This document shows positions 40,551 through 54,800 of a DNA stretch of 64,000 bases, in pieces. Within the stretch, counting starts at the first letter, position 1; the number at the start of each line of letters is the position of its first letter. The translations under genes and the position numbers were made by a program. The notes beneath the pieces are model-generated. The model saw only the letters and a list, made by a program, of their open reading frames with translations. It was not told the DNA's origin and did no database searches. The DNA comes from Phoronis australis (lineage: Eukaryota; Animalia; Phoronida). The stretch is from NCBI GenBank assembly GCA_002633005.1, contig NMRA01000054.1:807674-871673 (forward strand), read 5' to 3'.

Positions 40551-41249
40551 TTAAGAACTACAAGCAGTAATTGGTAGGAGATGCAGTGATAATAGTACCA
40601 GGCGTTGACGTTATGCCATAAGCATGACTCGAGCACACGTATGGCCATCATTTAAGGTCCGTTGACGAAAGAATCTTGTGGAAATGCTAAATCACAAGAG
40701 TGAAATGCGAATATTTCGCGAGTTTGCTTGGGACTTTTACAACGTAATTTAGCAAAATGGCAAGCTCATTTATAAAAGGTAGGCAAAAGTTGATCAGAAC
40801 AAAACATAGGGACGTGGACGGTTGACTTGAATTGGTTACTTACTGTACTTCAGATGGCAGGCTTGGACACAATTTAAGTCATTAGAAGAAGTATCTAGTT
40901 TTCTAAAATACGTACGGCAGTGGGTCAGTCATGTAGGATATATTTAATTTCAAATTTTCCAACACCAGGACTCCGCTCTTGGAAGAAACCTGTTCGATTT
41001 TGTTGTCGTTTTACACACGTCCACGTTTTGGTGGTGGTTTTAGATCCTGCAAGCAGGGGTCATATGGCGAAAATCTATATTTTAATTGACATATCCGTGT
41101 TGGTGAATTCAGTTTTTGCAGTTGAATTTTGTCATTTTAAAAGCCTAGTAATTCATGAATGAAGTTATTATTTAAAACAACCAAAATGTCAAAACTCTTC
41201 ATGCAAAGAACGTGACTCATTACAGTTTTCAAGGCTTTGTCAAACGTTT

Positions 41250-41592
41250 GGCCTATGGAAAATAGGAGACAAATTTTCATTGGTTGATATTCACGGTGAT
41301 ACAGTAGCTCCATGCTTGCAATGTTTATGGCCCAGTCTGTACGATCTACACACTTCCTGGGAGGCAACATTTAGTCCTAATTCCGAAGTCAATAACAATT
41401 TTGTCGGCACTAGCTACAGTTCTCTAGTTCTGGCACAATAGGAGGCAAATTTGCTTATGACAAGTGGCCTGTGGAAAATACGACACAAATTTGCATTGAC
41501 CGTTATTTACGTAGTCCAGCAGCCCCACATTTGCAGTGTTAAGAACCCAGTTTGTGCGGTCTGCAGATATTCTGGAGGGCAACATTTAGTAC
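41250..41592. repeat. Diverged two-copy direct repeat (~128-bp core, ~216-bp period)
   Basis: GGCCT(A/G)TGGAAAATA.GA.ACAAATTT.CATTG...GGCAACATTTAGT at 41250 and 41466. Confidence 0.75.
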
Positions 41593-42768
41593 ATTTTTGT
41601 CCCATGCCTATAAGAATTAGGTCAGCAGCCCAAGTTCTGTTGTTTTAAAGTTCTTCAATGCCTTGGACAACTTTATTGCCACGTTGCGAATACTGCTTTA
41701 AATTGTCAACACTTGCTGATAGTTTGGCGATTTGATCTTTCAACTGCTTTCCGCCTGATTTTTCTCGTCAATTATTGCCCCTTAGAAAGACTTTATCTCG
41801 TCCCAGGCGTGCCGGAACAAATAGTCTTCCAAGTGTGTTTATCACTTGAGGCGACGTCACAGCTATATTTTGAGTTTGGCGATTCCGCCGCTTTAACCAG
41901 TTTCGCGTTATGGCAGGGCCACGGGACGAAAGCTGGTTGCAGGGTTTTCTTTTATTTTTTTGCTTAAAGGGGTGCTGAACTGGCTTTGTAACTATTAACA
42001 GGTATTAGAGACGACTATCCTGTCTAGCTCTCTAAATTCAAACGTAATCCTCGTCAACCCTCAAAAGCTTGGAACGAGTTCGAAAATTACTTACAACGTA
42101 TGCTTAACCGGCATGGGTGACTAACGCTTTAAGCGAGGTACACGACAGCTGTGTGGAAAGGCATCCACAAAAAACAGAGTATTCACTTCATGACACCCTG
42201 GGCATGTGTTTTCAGTTGACTACTGCTTTCATTACTCAGGTGAACACGCAGGCCCATTAGCACGCGACAGAACAAGGTATGGCAATGGCCGAAATTCCCC
42301 AAAACAGGGTTTAGTATCCTTTTACTCGTTCAAAGGCGTTACGCTTCCGTGAATTCTCATCACTGACATTAGTAGATATTAATGACAACTAGCTGAAAAT
42401 GCGATTAAATACGATGAAATGACTGGAAATATTCGTGATAAAAAAGAACATGTAGCAGGAAAACAATCACGACGTCCCTTCTCAGTTCCACTTGTACATC
42501 GTATTCGTTTAGCTACATTTAGTTGCTTTTAATCAAGGCCTATACGATAAGTATGGGTATATAATCGATTGACTTGTTATACATGTCGAGAAACCCCACT
42601 TCGCCGGAGTTAAGATAAGTAGACTTGAATGAATTCATATTTTCATGGTAATGTCACTGCAATAATGGGTATGTGTTCTGTTCACGTGTGCCATACTGTA
42701 CTAGTGCACAGAAGCGAACTGCACAAAAATTGAGGATGTTATTTTTCAGCAAAGTAATGACATATTAT

Positions 42769-42865
42769 CATGGGTGGCGCACCATTGGAGGCTGGGGGGG
42801 GGGGGGGGNNNNNGGGGGGGGGGGGGTATAACCCACTCACTTTTTTCAGTGCTGCGTCACTAATG
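42769..42865. mobile_element. Short CAT...ATG MITE with poly-G core (contains a 5-N gap) and 5-bp TSD
   Basis: CATGGGTGGCGCACC / GCTGCGTCACTAATG imperfect TIR, flanked by ATTAT on both sides. Confidence 0.6.
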
Positions 42866-45800
42866 ATTATGATGATGTCAAAATAATTATCATGAATTGA
42901 AAAATCAATGATGCTTCCGATGCTTCCTGGTATTACATAAGACTCAAGACAATTTCAAGAACTGCGGTTTGAGTTAAGAAAATCGCATTTAAGTTCACGT
43001 GTTAATTTTAGTATTCAAAAATTCACACTCAACGGTTACGTGGCGGTGATCTAGACCACGTGTCTTGAACGGCGTTCGGCGTTTCACCATGCAGAATGCT
43101 TTTGGCCAGGAATGAAAACATTCCTTCATCAGCCTAAATATTTGTGTATCCTGCCACCGAACAATAACAGAAGTTTTCAGATAACGGTAAATCCGACGTG
43201 ACGATTTCAACTTGGTGTAGCCGTGCGGTGATAACGTCTTTTATTAGTCGGCACAGATGTTTTACGGCATTGAGTCAAAAAGAACCCTAATGACTGGTCG
43301 TCTACAGAACATATTTTCACGACTCAAGTGTTAACTGAAATTATGATTCCGTGAGCCACCGGCAGTCTTTTACATTGAGCGCTAATTTCGAGTCTACCCA
43401 GGTATGTTTTGTGTTTTATTTATAGATACGTTCTCGAACGAGTAAATTAGCGATCTTTCGCTAGAAAATTCCGCAGTACACTGGCAATAGAAGCGATAAC
43501 ACGGTGGCTTGTGTTGACGTTGAAACGATGAATGCAACTGTTAGGTCGACCAAGGAAAGGTAAAATCTCAGGTAAGATAATAAATAGCATACAGTACAAT
43601 TGTTGCACATCGTATACATGCTCTGTAAAAACACCGTGGTGGTTAAAACCTATGGGTATGCATATGCAGTGAGTAGCCAAAATTTTACGCACTTTCTTGG
43701 GCGAAAAAACAACATGAATAGTGACTTTCTTGTAGCAATAGAATTTTCGGGACCGGGTAAGAGCAAATGAATTCCTCCATGCCAAACGACACTTTACATG
43801 GGGATGCTTTGGTGAATTTAGGCGTGTGTTTCTTTGAGGGACCAGTATTTGCACCTAAGGTCGAGGAATTTATCGACTTGGGTAAAACAGACGTAAGCGG
43901 ATTTAGTGGAGAGCACTATCCTTGCCTTAGGACACGAGTCGCTGAAGAAGAGCCATCGGCTGACACATTCCCTTCAAAAGTTGCTGTTGTCCCCACCCAC
44001 CCCCCACCCCCACATTCCCTCCCCCCTTGCGACATCCAACGTGGTCAGCGGAAGATTGATAATTGGTGTAAAATCTTACAGGGACATTTTCGGCTTTAGA
44101 GTCGAAAAACGCAGTTTGAGCATTACTGGTGGTTGAGATAGACTTCTTGGAGTTTTTAGCCTTGACATCCGTAGTATTTTTGAGATTTTGTTACAAATAG
44201 TCATTTCTTTCCGTTGGCTGGCAGTCATTCGCTGAAATGGGGGCCGGTAACTTCAACAGTTAAATACGTTAAAATACGTGCTGCTTACCGAGTGGAGTTT
44301 AACTCCACTAACAAAGCGTCGACCTGTGCGTTGCCGCTGATGTCGTGAATTCGAAACCACGGTCTTAGTCTGATTTAAAACAATAAAAGGAAGTAACTTG
44401 TTACAGGTTAAACACACCAAAAATACTGCTTAGAAGGCCATGTTCGGTGCATAAAATGACCAGCTTGGTCAAGCCAACTTACTACAGTAAGCCTGTTCTA
44501 GTGCATCAATTATAATACATAATTATAATACTAACCTAAAAAGGGTAAGATTCGAGACTAGCTTGGTAATGATAAATTATAAACGCATTTTTGACAGATG
44601 GTGGGTACAGACGTGCTTTAAGTCCCTTTATTAGTAATTTGTTTGTTGGTTGCTATGTGCAGTAGTGAAAGACGCGGTAATTATGCAAGATAGCCTTCCG
44701 GTACTTTTTAGTTAAACATTTCAGGAAGGGAAATTGATCAAAACAAACTTATAGAATCCTGTTTGATAAGGAAGGGTAGTGGTCCAGTTTTAACCCCTAA
44801 TTAAAACATTCTTAATGGTTTGGCCTGTAATTCTGACGGTAAACAAATGGGTATAAAATTAACTAAAATATCTTTCATTTGTTATCAGCTTGTGTGTGAC
44901 CTATTTCTAGCCTATCAGCGTGGTCACCGTGTACACGATTTGAGGTCAGAGGTTGTATTTTCTTACTTTCGTGTGACATCAGTGTAACACCACTCTGAAA
45001 ATTAATATGATGAACTAATTACAACCTTTGCCTTTCAATACATATGTTTCTTTTTCAAGCAGGAACATCCGAAAATGACTTTGAAATACGAAACACCAAC
45101 GTTTTCTTTTCATGCAAAAGACAGGCGATATGCCACCTATACGAATGTTTATCGTTTGCGCACGTTCAGAATAAATTAATTCGCAGGAGTAATAACCTTA
45201 TTATGATTCGCACTGACAGTTAACTTTTCTCGTTTCAGTGTGTCGATAAACTAAGCTTCTTTATTATTTTCGTTACTCTTGTCTCGTTTGTGACAAAAAT
45301 CGATCCTACTTAGAGCAAACATGAAGTCCTGTCGGTTGAATTCTTTGTTAATGATCAATTCAGCGGAGACACTAATTGTGCTCGTTGATCGATCACGTTG
45401 ATCACGACTTTGGATGGAACAGGAAAGCGATTCTATCACATTTTTCTTAAAATTATTTTTTCTTTAAATAATATCACAGAATTCTCAGTGATTCTTGGTG
45501 AAATAGCTAAAAATTGATCACAATTGACAAATCTCGCGAAGGAAGATAACTAGCGTGATCACCTGATTAGCTTGTAAACTTGTCGATATTTCGTGAAATT
45601 TTACAAATTCTTGCCCTTTCTGGAGGTTCTCGAGTTTACAGAGCCGTGCGCGCCCGGATTCCCTTTGTTACGGTCGTCATTTGAAAAGATATGCTGTTGT
45701 GAAAATGCGCATTTCCATGATAAATCAAATACTGTAATATGATTCTCAGTGACTTCTTTTGCCACTTGTTGCTAATAGTTAAAACTTCATTTCTGCAGTA

Positions 45801-48024
45801 TTTCGCTTCCAAAAAAGAAAAATGTATTAAACCACTTGAATTAATACATGATTTTCTGAGACCAATAACCTGCTACCCTCGCGGTCGCAGTCTAACGCTG
45901 TGCTGGTGAAGTAAGTGCCTCTCGGTAAATGGTTAAGCGCTGGTTAAGTCACCGATCTTGATCTATTAGCGAATGTTTGGTAGACCATGGCCAGAATGGG
46001 TGATTCGTAAAATCACAAAAACACAGCACAGGTTGTTGTTTTATAGCCTTGTTCAAAGATGATAACTTCATGAAGTCCATCACTTCCAACAATAATGTCA
46101 AGATGCGTTTTTTAGACTTTAAACCGACATTATCTTTTTAAGCTCATGAAACCTCTCTCACAATACTCCTTACTGTGCCGTTTCCCGGCAACAAGAATAT
46201 CGAAACCATCAGAGACTCGAGAATTAAAAGTTCCAGCAAGTTTATTGAGGTTGCCCGACCCTGTTGCGGATTTGAAAATGGCAAATTTGAAATGGCCAAA
46301 ATTTGAAAATGGCGCATTTAAGCATTGACTGTGAGCTGAGTTTCTGTCTTCTTCGGCAACAATTCAGGATCAGGTGAGCGTGGTAATGTTTTCAAAAGCC
46401 AAATGAAAGCGCTTCGGTTAAGAATTCAACATTGACAACTGAACAGCGATGAATTGACATATTAAGAGTGACTAAATGCCCTTTTAACTTTAAAGAACAG
46501 AAAAGAATATCTAAATATAGATTCACATGCTCACATGGAATTGACGAGACGGGAGATAGGACGTTTGATCTGAAGGGAGATCAGAAAACTGACGAGCGTT
46601 CACAAATCATTTTTCAGTCTTCTGGTTGGACGGCATGTGAACGCTGTGTTCAGGAATTCCGCGCCGTCACCAGAATAAAAGTAGGCAAGACAAAAAAATC
46701 GATCAGCTAATGTTTACCCCAGACTCACAGACAAAAGTAACAGTGACTGTAAAAATTGCTTAATCACAATATCACAATAACAATCAACTGGGAAAACGGA
46801 TTGCCTTCTATATGATCGGTAATATTCCCTGTTGATATAAAACAGAATTGTGTATGAAGCTCTGAAATTAAAAAAATGATTGAGACCCAGTCGTCGGCTA
46901 TTTATTTTTGTGCCACGGTATGGTCGTGTTTGCTTCAAGGACGCGAGAGGTTAAAGTGTTTCTTTAATTTTGAAGGTAATGTGATTATACGTTGAAAGTG
47001 TTTGAAGGTTGCTAGCGAGACAATATTAACGCGTAACATCCATGTGGTAAATCAATTATTACTTGGACTTGTTGTCAGAGCACTTTGGTTCGTTGTTCAA
47101 CCTCTTTGTGTGAGAGACGCAGGGGAATGTCCTCTAAATGGCGGATGCGGTATAATTATCATCATCATTTTGTCATCAGCGCGACTTAGGTGGCTTCTTG
47201 GGTCTTTTTAACGATACCGTCACACTGGGTTTGACAGTGCTTTGTGGTTATCCACCAGTGCACTTTATTATTTGGCTTCTTCTCCGAGTGGAATGGCATC
47301 GAACGTAAAGAGCTTCGAGTGGTACCGTTGACAATCGATTATCTTCGTTCATGGAGCTGTCTGTCATAAAGTTGTGCATTGCAATACGTCTACAACAATA
47401 CAAAGACAATGAAAGGAATATATCGGTGGGTACTGTTTTTACTTAGGTTCTTGAAACATAATTTTTCTACACCAGAAAGCATATTTAACATTTGCGGCAG
47501 TTTTTCACCTATCGGACATATCGCACACGCGTGCCACTCCAGTTATTTTACGCAACATAGGACGAGTTTCTTTATAGTTTCTACGTCAATAGAAATACCT
47601 GAGAAGTTAATGCTTCACGGCCTAGTACTAAAAGTAGAGCGGCAATCAAGGATTGTTGACGGGTTTCACAATACTTAACACTGAGAATTTTGCGTGTTTC
47701 TAAACGTGCAGCTGCGTTTTTTTCTAAAACACTGCTGAAAATGATTAGTTTTAATGCTAAAATAGACATTATCGCATTTTTACCTATAGACGCGATTTGG
47801 GGTTATTGCTGAATAGAATAGAAAAGTTATTAGCTTTGACCAGAGCTATAAAATAATAAAATACCTAGGCCCATAATCTTTTTTGTTTTTATTGTAAATC
47901 GCCAATTCGTGCCGTTGGTCTGCCAGACATCCAGTGAAATCAAGGCCGTTCTCTTTACTATTTAAATATTCTTAAAAAGCTTAATTACTTTTCAGATAAA
48001 ACGCGTGGGATTTGGTTCAGCGAC

Positions 48025-48248
48025 CATGCGCGTACCCAGGGGAGGGCTCGAGGATCTCGGGAGGGGCTCGGAGAAACAAAAACAGAGCAAAACAGTGAAA
48101 AACGACCCAATAGTCCACTAAAAAGGCAAAAACAATCAAAGTTCGGCGATTGCACAATTCGTAGCTCTCAACGTACCCCATGAATCTTAGTAAAAAGTCC
48201 AAATTTTCAAAATTCAAGCCCCCCCCCTTTTGGCTGGGTTCGCGCATG
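48025..48248. mobile_element. CATG...CATG MITE with probable 5-bp TSD
   Basis: TIR CATGCGCGTACCCAG / CTGGGTTCGCGCATG. Flanks are GCGAC / GTGAC. Confidence 0.75.
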
Positions 48249-48487
48249 GTGACGGATCATTCGGCTGCATAAGCAGAGTCAATGGGTTGACGTTGAGCTT
48301 CTGCTAATTTCTGAAAATCCTTTTGCTCTCCAACAGAGTATTTTCCCTTAATCATTTGTATACCAGTTTAGCTACCTACACTTTTCGTTTTTCTAGCAGC
48401 AATAATAAAAAAGTTCTCATAATATACTCGAGCAGGCTAATTCATTCATTGTTGCTCGTAAATGAGAGATCAGGCTCAAGAAACCAG

Positions 48488-48638
48488 CCTCCCGTTCAGT
48501 AACGCTATGACCTCGCTAAAAAGCAAGACTTCGTGAGATTACGTGAGATATTGCAGTGCATTTTAAATGAGAACACGTGACTTTGACTAGGTTTTAGCTA
48601 GGTCCTAGCGTAGGTCCTAGCATCTACTGAACGCACGC
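48488..48638 (+). mobile_element. ~150-bp MITE (Harbinger-like), copy 3
   Basis: CAG|CCTCCCGTTCAGTA...TACTGAACGCACGC|CAG: 3-bp CWG TSD. Confidence 0.8.
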
Positions 48639-49500
48639 CAGGTCTGCTTCCTGTCTACGCAAAGTGAAAAGGTCACATAGTCACAGAAATGGTTATTATA
48701 AAAAAGACAAAATCCTTCAGCGCTTCATATGTAAATATCTCTTTTTGAAAGTTTCATGTAACATAGTTCTTAGCATGGGAGCAATGATGTAAGACGTTGT
48801 TACAAGCTTGCCAATTGGGGATACGGGGATTCAAATTCTACAAATCGTAGACATGTTTTATCTAACTTGTAGTTCATGCAATTTCGATTTTCTCAGTAAC
48901 TAAGGTAGCCTGCGGTAAATAAATTCATTACAGTTAATATGTCGTCATGACAACTACTTTGTATTCCGACAGTTACGAAAAGCCAATCCTATCAATAAAA
49001 TTGACTAGGCATAACTGAATAAGCAAATATGTCAAGTAATTTGCGTGTTTGACAACCCGAAGACATACTTGTCAATTCTAAATTAGCAGATTTTCGATGA
49101 ATGCATTTCCGTACAAAACCTTGCATTTTCAATACAAGACAGGTGTTTTCGCAAGCATTGCCCGGTGCAAATTATTTTGAAATACCATTTTGTGAAGGTG
49201 AATACAGACTGGAATATATCTGCCACTTTTCTGGACACCGTGCAACCCAGAACAGGTGCAACTGAGGCAGTTGCCAAGAATGTGTCTTTTAACACTCATC
49301 ACTGACTACTCCTATTAACTAGGTTGCAGACAATCATAAGTACATGAGGATCTTGTTCTACCATCTGCAGATACAGTGTATTACTGATGTGGAACATAGA
49401 ACAAGTTGAGATAGTTATGGAACGCAATACGCTACCTATGTTATAGTCTGAGTGCCTGTTAAATCCTTTTTATTGGCAAGTAAGTGAAACAAAGAGAAAC

Positions 49501-49773
49501 AAGTTGTAGTGTTTTGCTGTGTTACATTGTATTATATAGGTCAAATGAGAATTCAAAACTGTCATTGATACTCATCAAAACACGTCTTTAGAAGATATTT
49601 ACTGTTTTATTGTGTCAGGTTAACAGCCCATGGAATTAAAAGGCTGTGAATCTGAAACAATAAATCTGAAACAGTAAATACCTTCCAAATACATGTTTTG
49701 ATGAGTATCGATGACAATTTTGAATTCTCATTGGACCAATAAAATACTTTAATACAACAAAACACCGCAACTT
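49501..49773. repeat. Foldback/inverted repeat with ~105-bp arms (MITE-like)
   Basis: 49501-49607 (aagttgtagtgttttg...gagaattcaaaactgtcattgatactcatcaaaaca...atttactgttt) is the imperfect reverse complement of 49669-49773. Confidence 0.85.
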
Positions 49774-51198
49774 ACTGACAAGCCCTCAAAAGACAACAAT
49801 CACCAAGTCAAACAACACATGCGTCATGGCACTGCGCAACATTTCAACACTCATTCCTCGTCTTCAGTGTCATGCCAAGGTTGACCAATACTCACATAGT
49901 CAATTCACGTCGTCGAAAACTAACACAGAACATCCCCACTTGTTTAAAATTTAATTAGGTCTTTCACCCTAATGAAGTCGATCATAGGATTTATACTTCC
50001 GTGAAGAAAAAGAATCCGTCAGTGAATCAAGAAAACACTTCAGATTTTATATGGGATTGGTCAGGACCAAAATTGTGAATTCGAAAATGGCGCAATTTCA
50101 TATTCCCTGTGACTTGAAGTGCCGGCTCATTGGGAAACAATATAAGATTGGATCAACGTAGCAATACTCTTAAACCCCAAAGCGCTTTGGTTCAGAATTG
50201 AAAATTGACGACATCAATTTTCCCACTGTAGCCATTTTCTCGGATTCATTACTTTTTGTCCATCAAATTCTAAAAAATGGCATTGACAGAACAAAAGAGA
50301 CCTCTGTAGGGATATCTTCCCAGTTAGTGATTATAGGTCTCATACAGCAAAAGGTCTGTATTCCTAGTGTTAATTCAGGCCTCATCGTTTTAAAGTTACA
50401 GCACAGCCGTTGATGTTGAATTTAAACGTAACCAAATCCTGTTTTTGCTCATTGGTAGATGTTAAATTACGGATATCTTTGTTACAAAATATTTCCTTAT
50501 AAACCAGTTGTCAACCATCAACAGTTTGGAAGAAGTTTTGAAAACTCAGCGCAGAAACTGTTAAATTGGCCAACATTGCTAATGGATTAGGAATGTCACT
50601 CAGTAGCTTCACAGTGAGAATATGCTTATTGTGCTGATTTTTGTTGTTGTCTGCAGTCAGGCGCACATTAGCCTACATATGGGTGATGTCATGAATTTGA
50701 ACTAAATAACCCAAACGAGAGTTTAATATCCTAGGTCTTACCATCAACATTCCTTTACACGTCCTAAAACTGCATTGCAGCTAATATCCATTGTTCTACA
50801 GGGTTGGTTTAAGACGACCTACCTCTTAATTGCATATGTTAGCCAACGCCCTCTTTAGGAAATTGACCCCGCTTACAGCCACCTTGTTAGTAGCAGAAGA
50901 CTAACTTCCTAAAACCTCTTTGATGAAGTGACGACAATAGTAACATTATGTCAAAAATCTCGCGATCTATTTCTATGAAGCTCGAGAGCAGTGTAACTAA
51001 GCGAGAGATTTTAGACCCTCTATTAGCAAATTAACTGCATTCGTTTGAAGAAAGCAAACACTCCAACAGGGAAACTACAAAATTGTCCAACACCCCTTAT
51101 TCTAGCATGACAAGAGATGAGAGTACATTGACCATTAATGTCGAAAATCAAAATGTTCTTGGCCAGTTTCAAAATCGTTTATGTGATCATCTTTCAGA

Positions 51199-54100
51199 AT
51201 GCACAACGGTGGTCCACGTTACTCACCTGCGCCCTCTTGCGATGAGGCGGAAATCTATGATACTCCGCCGTCAGACGAGTGCAATGGAAACACAATTGAA
51301 GTTGACATGTGCGAATCTCAGACGAACACGTTATCTTCACTTGTTCGTAAAAAGGGTGACGGACCTAAGGAAAAGTTTCTCATCCAAGAACGGTTAGAAC
51401 GTAACTTGCACGGCGGAGACGTGTTCTACGTGAAGTCCTGCGTTAACCGTAGAACTGCATTGGAGAGATACCTTTGTATGTTTTGCTTCCTATTCTTTGT
51501 CGGGTGTGTAGTAATGATGACGATGTTGTTAACTGTGCACAAAGGAAATGGACCCATGGGGAGCCTCAATCTATCTAGAACGGACAGATTACAGCAAGGT
51601 AAATGTTGGATTTCTAAAGATTTTATATGAGCAGAAATGAGTTTTTGATCTGTCAGTTAATCGAAGAAGATATTTGGGCAGAAATGTAAATGAATTTTAT
51701 ATGCGATAATTGCGAAGCGATACCGAAGGTAGTTTACAGTGAAACAACATGTGAGAGTGAGATAAAACGTCATGTGTATTATGACAAATTAAACTACAAA
51801 AGATATCGATAAATACAAAAGTTATATATGTTGAGCTGTAAAGGTGGGTGACAATCTGCCGGCCTAATTACTCATTTATTCAATCTTAAGACTATTTCTT
51901 TATCCGTCTGACCCATCTCACAGGCCGATGGTAACACTGGGCCAATTTGAAAAAAAATCGTTTTGTTGCATAAGATTACGGCTTTGAAGTAAAATAAGTG
52001 CGTTTTTTCTATTGTTTTGCCCTAGCTTTTCCACAAGTCTGCCTTAGCGAAGATTGTGTCAAGACAGGTAAGTTAAAGTTCAAAAATATTGGAAGATTAT
52101 GAAAACAGGCTTTTTATTGCAATTTTCATACATTAACATTCAGACGAACTATCCATCGCACATGATGTTTAAAAGAGTTGTGATGTAACCATGTTAAGAA
52201 ATGGACCGCAGAAAAATGTCCAGATTTGGCTAACTTTAGAACATCATGTCTCAGAAATGGCTAATCGGATTCGAATGAAACAGAAATTTTGCTTTATGTA
52301 TGGTTCTTCAGACCGCCACTTTTGCAAGAGGAGATATCTAAAATAGGACTTTAACGATTTTTATGAAAGATCAAAAGTTTCATAAAACGACAACGAAACT
52401 TTCATTTAAAAAAATAAAAGAGCAAAATTTCATATTGCACAGTCATATCAAATGAAATTTGGTCATGTTTTTTGCCTCTAGTTTGCTATGAATGTAACTT
52501 TCTATTTTACTAAATTATTTTTAAAACCGAAGGCAACCTTTTTCATGTCACTTTTAGCAAACATAAGGTTCGTTGATTATCCCAGACACATTTTTCACTT
52601 AATTACAGCTTTTCGTAATTTGGTTAATTTCTCGTCCTCTGCTCCAGAAGTGACGTTTTGGGAGGCAAGAGTTTCGCGCCAATTTCTTTTCATTATAGTC
52701 TGACTGTGAGAGCTGTCCAGTCAGTTATTGTTCTACCTCGGTTGTGATAAGTTCGGTCCTCGTTTGCTTTTGTTTGCAAGTCAGTCAACATGCCACGCTG
52801 TTGCTACCTGCCGGGATGTACTCATTATCGTCTCACACGCGCTTTGGGTACCTTGCATCGCTTTCCGAAGGATGACACACTTCGCCTTACTTGGCTAGCT
52901 CGTTCATGTGAAGAACGCAGCGCTACCCGTCCAGGCAACGTACAAAGCAATGGAGGGTTACCGAGTGTGTGGCAAGCATTTTCTGCCGTCAGATTACGAC
53001 AGAGATATGTACGCTAAACTGATGAACGTCCCTGCGAAACAACGCCTGAAGAAGGGTACCATACCGTCGCTGTTGATTCCCGGCAGTGCCCCGTCGTCAA
53101 CCCCGAGAAGTGCGTTTTTCAAGCGAGAAGCCTCGCGATCGAGCTGTGGCCACTATATACAGTGACTGGAGGCACTTCCTCTATACTGTCACCCGTGCCT
53201 CCGAACGTAACCCATTGCGTGCACTTTCGGGAACTAGCAGTGATTCGCCCTGTGCTGTTGTCTCTAGCCCAGAGCCTGTAAGCAGCCCTGCAGCTATGTT
53301 GAGTAGTGGGAGTGAATACAGGCCCAGTTCGACACCCAGTGAAGACGACAGTTCGTCATTCAATGAACAGATCGGTGAGCCTAAGTTTGAAAAGTTTATT
53401 GCGGTCTTGTATTGGAGCTATTTAGAAGGTGCCAGGTGTGTGGCGAGGGAGTCACACGGCGGGATGTAAGCAGTTTGGGTGCTCCGATCACCCACCAGTG
53501 GGACTGTGTCGCGGGGCACTCGGGTAAGTGGGATAGTTCTTCCTCTGTACGTGAGACGATAATGAGTACATCCCAGTACGCTGCAACAGAGTGGCATTTG
53601 ACTGACTCGTACTCGAACTTATCGCAACCGAGGTAGAACAATGACTGACTCGACTGCTCTCACAGTCGGACTATATGAAAAGAAATTGGCGCGAAATTCT
53701 TGCCTCCCAAAACGTCACTTCCGGAGTAGACGACGAGTAATTAATTAAATTACGAAAAGCAGTAAATATGTGAAAAATATGCCTGGGATAATCAACGAAC
53801 CTTATTTTTGCTAAAAATGACATGAAAAAAGGTTGCCTTCGCCTTTAACGCACACGCACACCTGTGCCCCGTTGAATAAAACAGTCCCAAATGGAGACTC
53901 AGCTATGTTCCCCAAATCTTTTGCGTATTTGTTTTCGTTTTTACTTACAAATGTAATATTTCTGTATCATTTTATCTTTATTATGAGCTCCTCTTTGACT
54001 AATGATATTTACTTATAATATTATTAAAAACCGAACCCTTAGTTCAGTCAAAATAATTAGGAACATAGTCTTTGAATTAGGAGCGTTGCATGAAAATCCC

Positions 54101-54606
54101 TTCTTATTTTCAGTAACATTGAGAATTCAACGTAGAGTTAATTCTCCATTTTTATCAAAGTCAAAATCTGACTTAGTAGTGAGACTCACACAGCATAACA
54201 AAGGACAATCAGAGTGTCCCCAAGTCCACAAATACGCAGATCATTTAGGGAACTTGGCTGAGTCCCTATTAAAGGCTATCATGTGACCGGGCACATGACC
54301 CATCAATGGCAGATTGGTATGAAGGCTTTCTAGTTCAGAAAATGTACTTTTTACTGAAATAAATTGTGAAGTTTTTTTACGTATTTGACTGGGGGCAGAC
54401 TTGACGATAAGGTCTTACATGACCTTAATGTCAGCTCACTGAAATGAGTTTCCAGTAACATTTTTTATTTTTTATTTAGCTTAGTACACAAATAACAATA
54501 CAAGGCAAGTGAAAATAAATAGAAATGCTGGGGAAAGGGATTGCACAAAAAGTCCATTGCTGTCCGAAGTCTCCTCTTAACATCACCTTGACTTTAAGAT
54601 ATGATA

Positions 54607-54644
<38 letters not shown>

Positions 54645-54762
54645 AATGATGATGGTGATGACGTTGATGATGATGACGATACTAATAATAATGATAATAA
54701 TGATAATAATAACAACTACAACAATAATAATAATGATGATGATGATAATGATGATGATAATA

Positions 54763-54800
<38 letters not shown>

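Noticed and set aside
43767-44099. 110-aa ORF MNSSMPNDTLHG...
   Set aside because: No recognisable domain, no convincing splice partners, and a low-complexity C-run. Not excluded, but unsupported.
43380-46380. Donor-like sites (43401, 45910, 46373) as candidate non-coding first exons of the peptidase
   Set aside because: They cannot be distinguished without transcript data.
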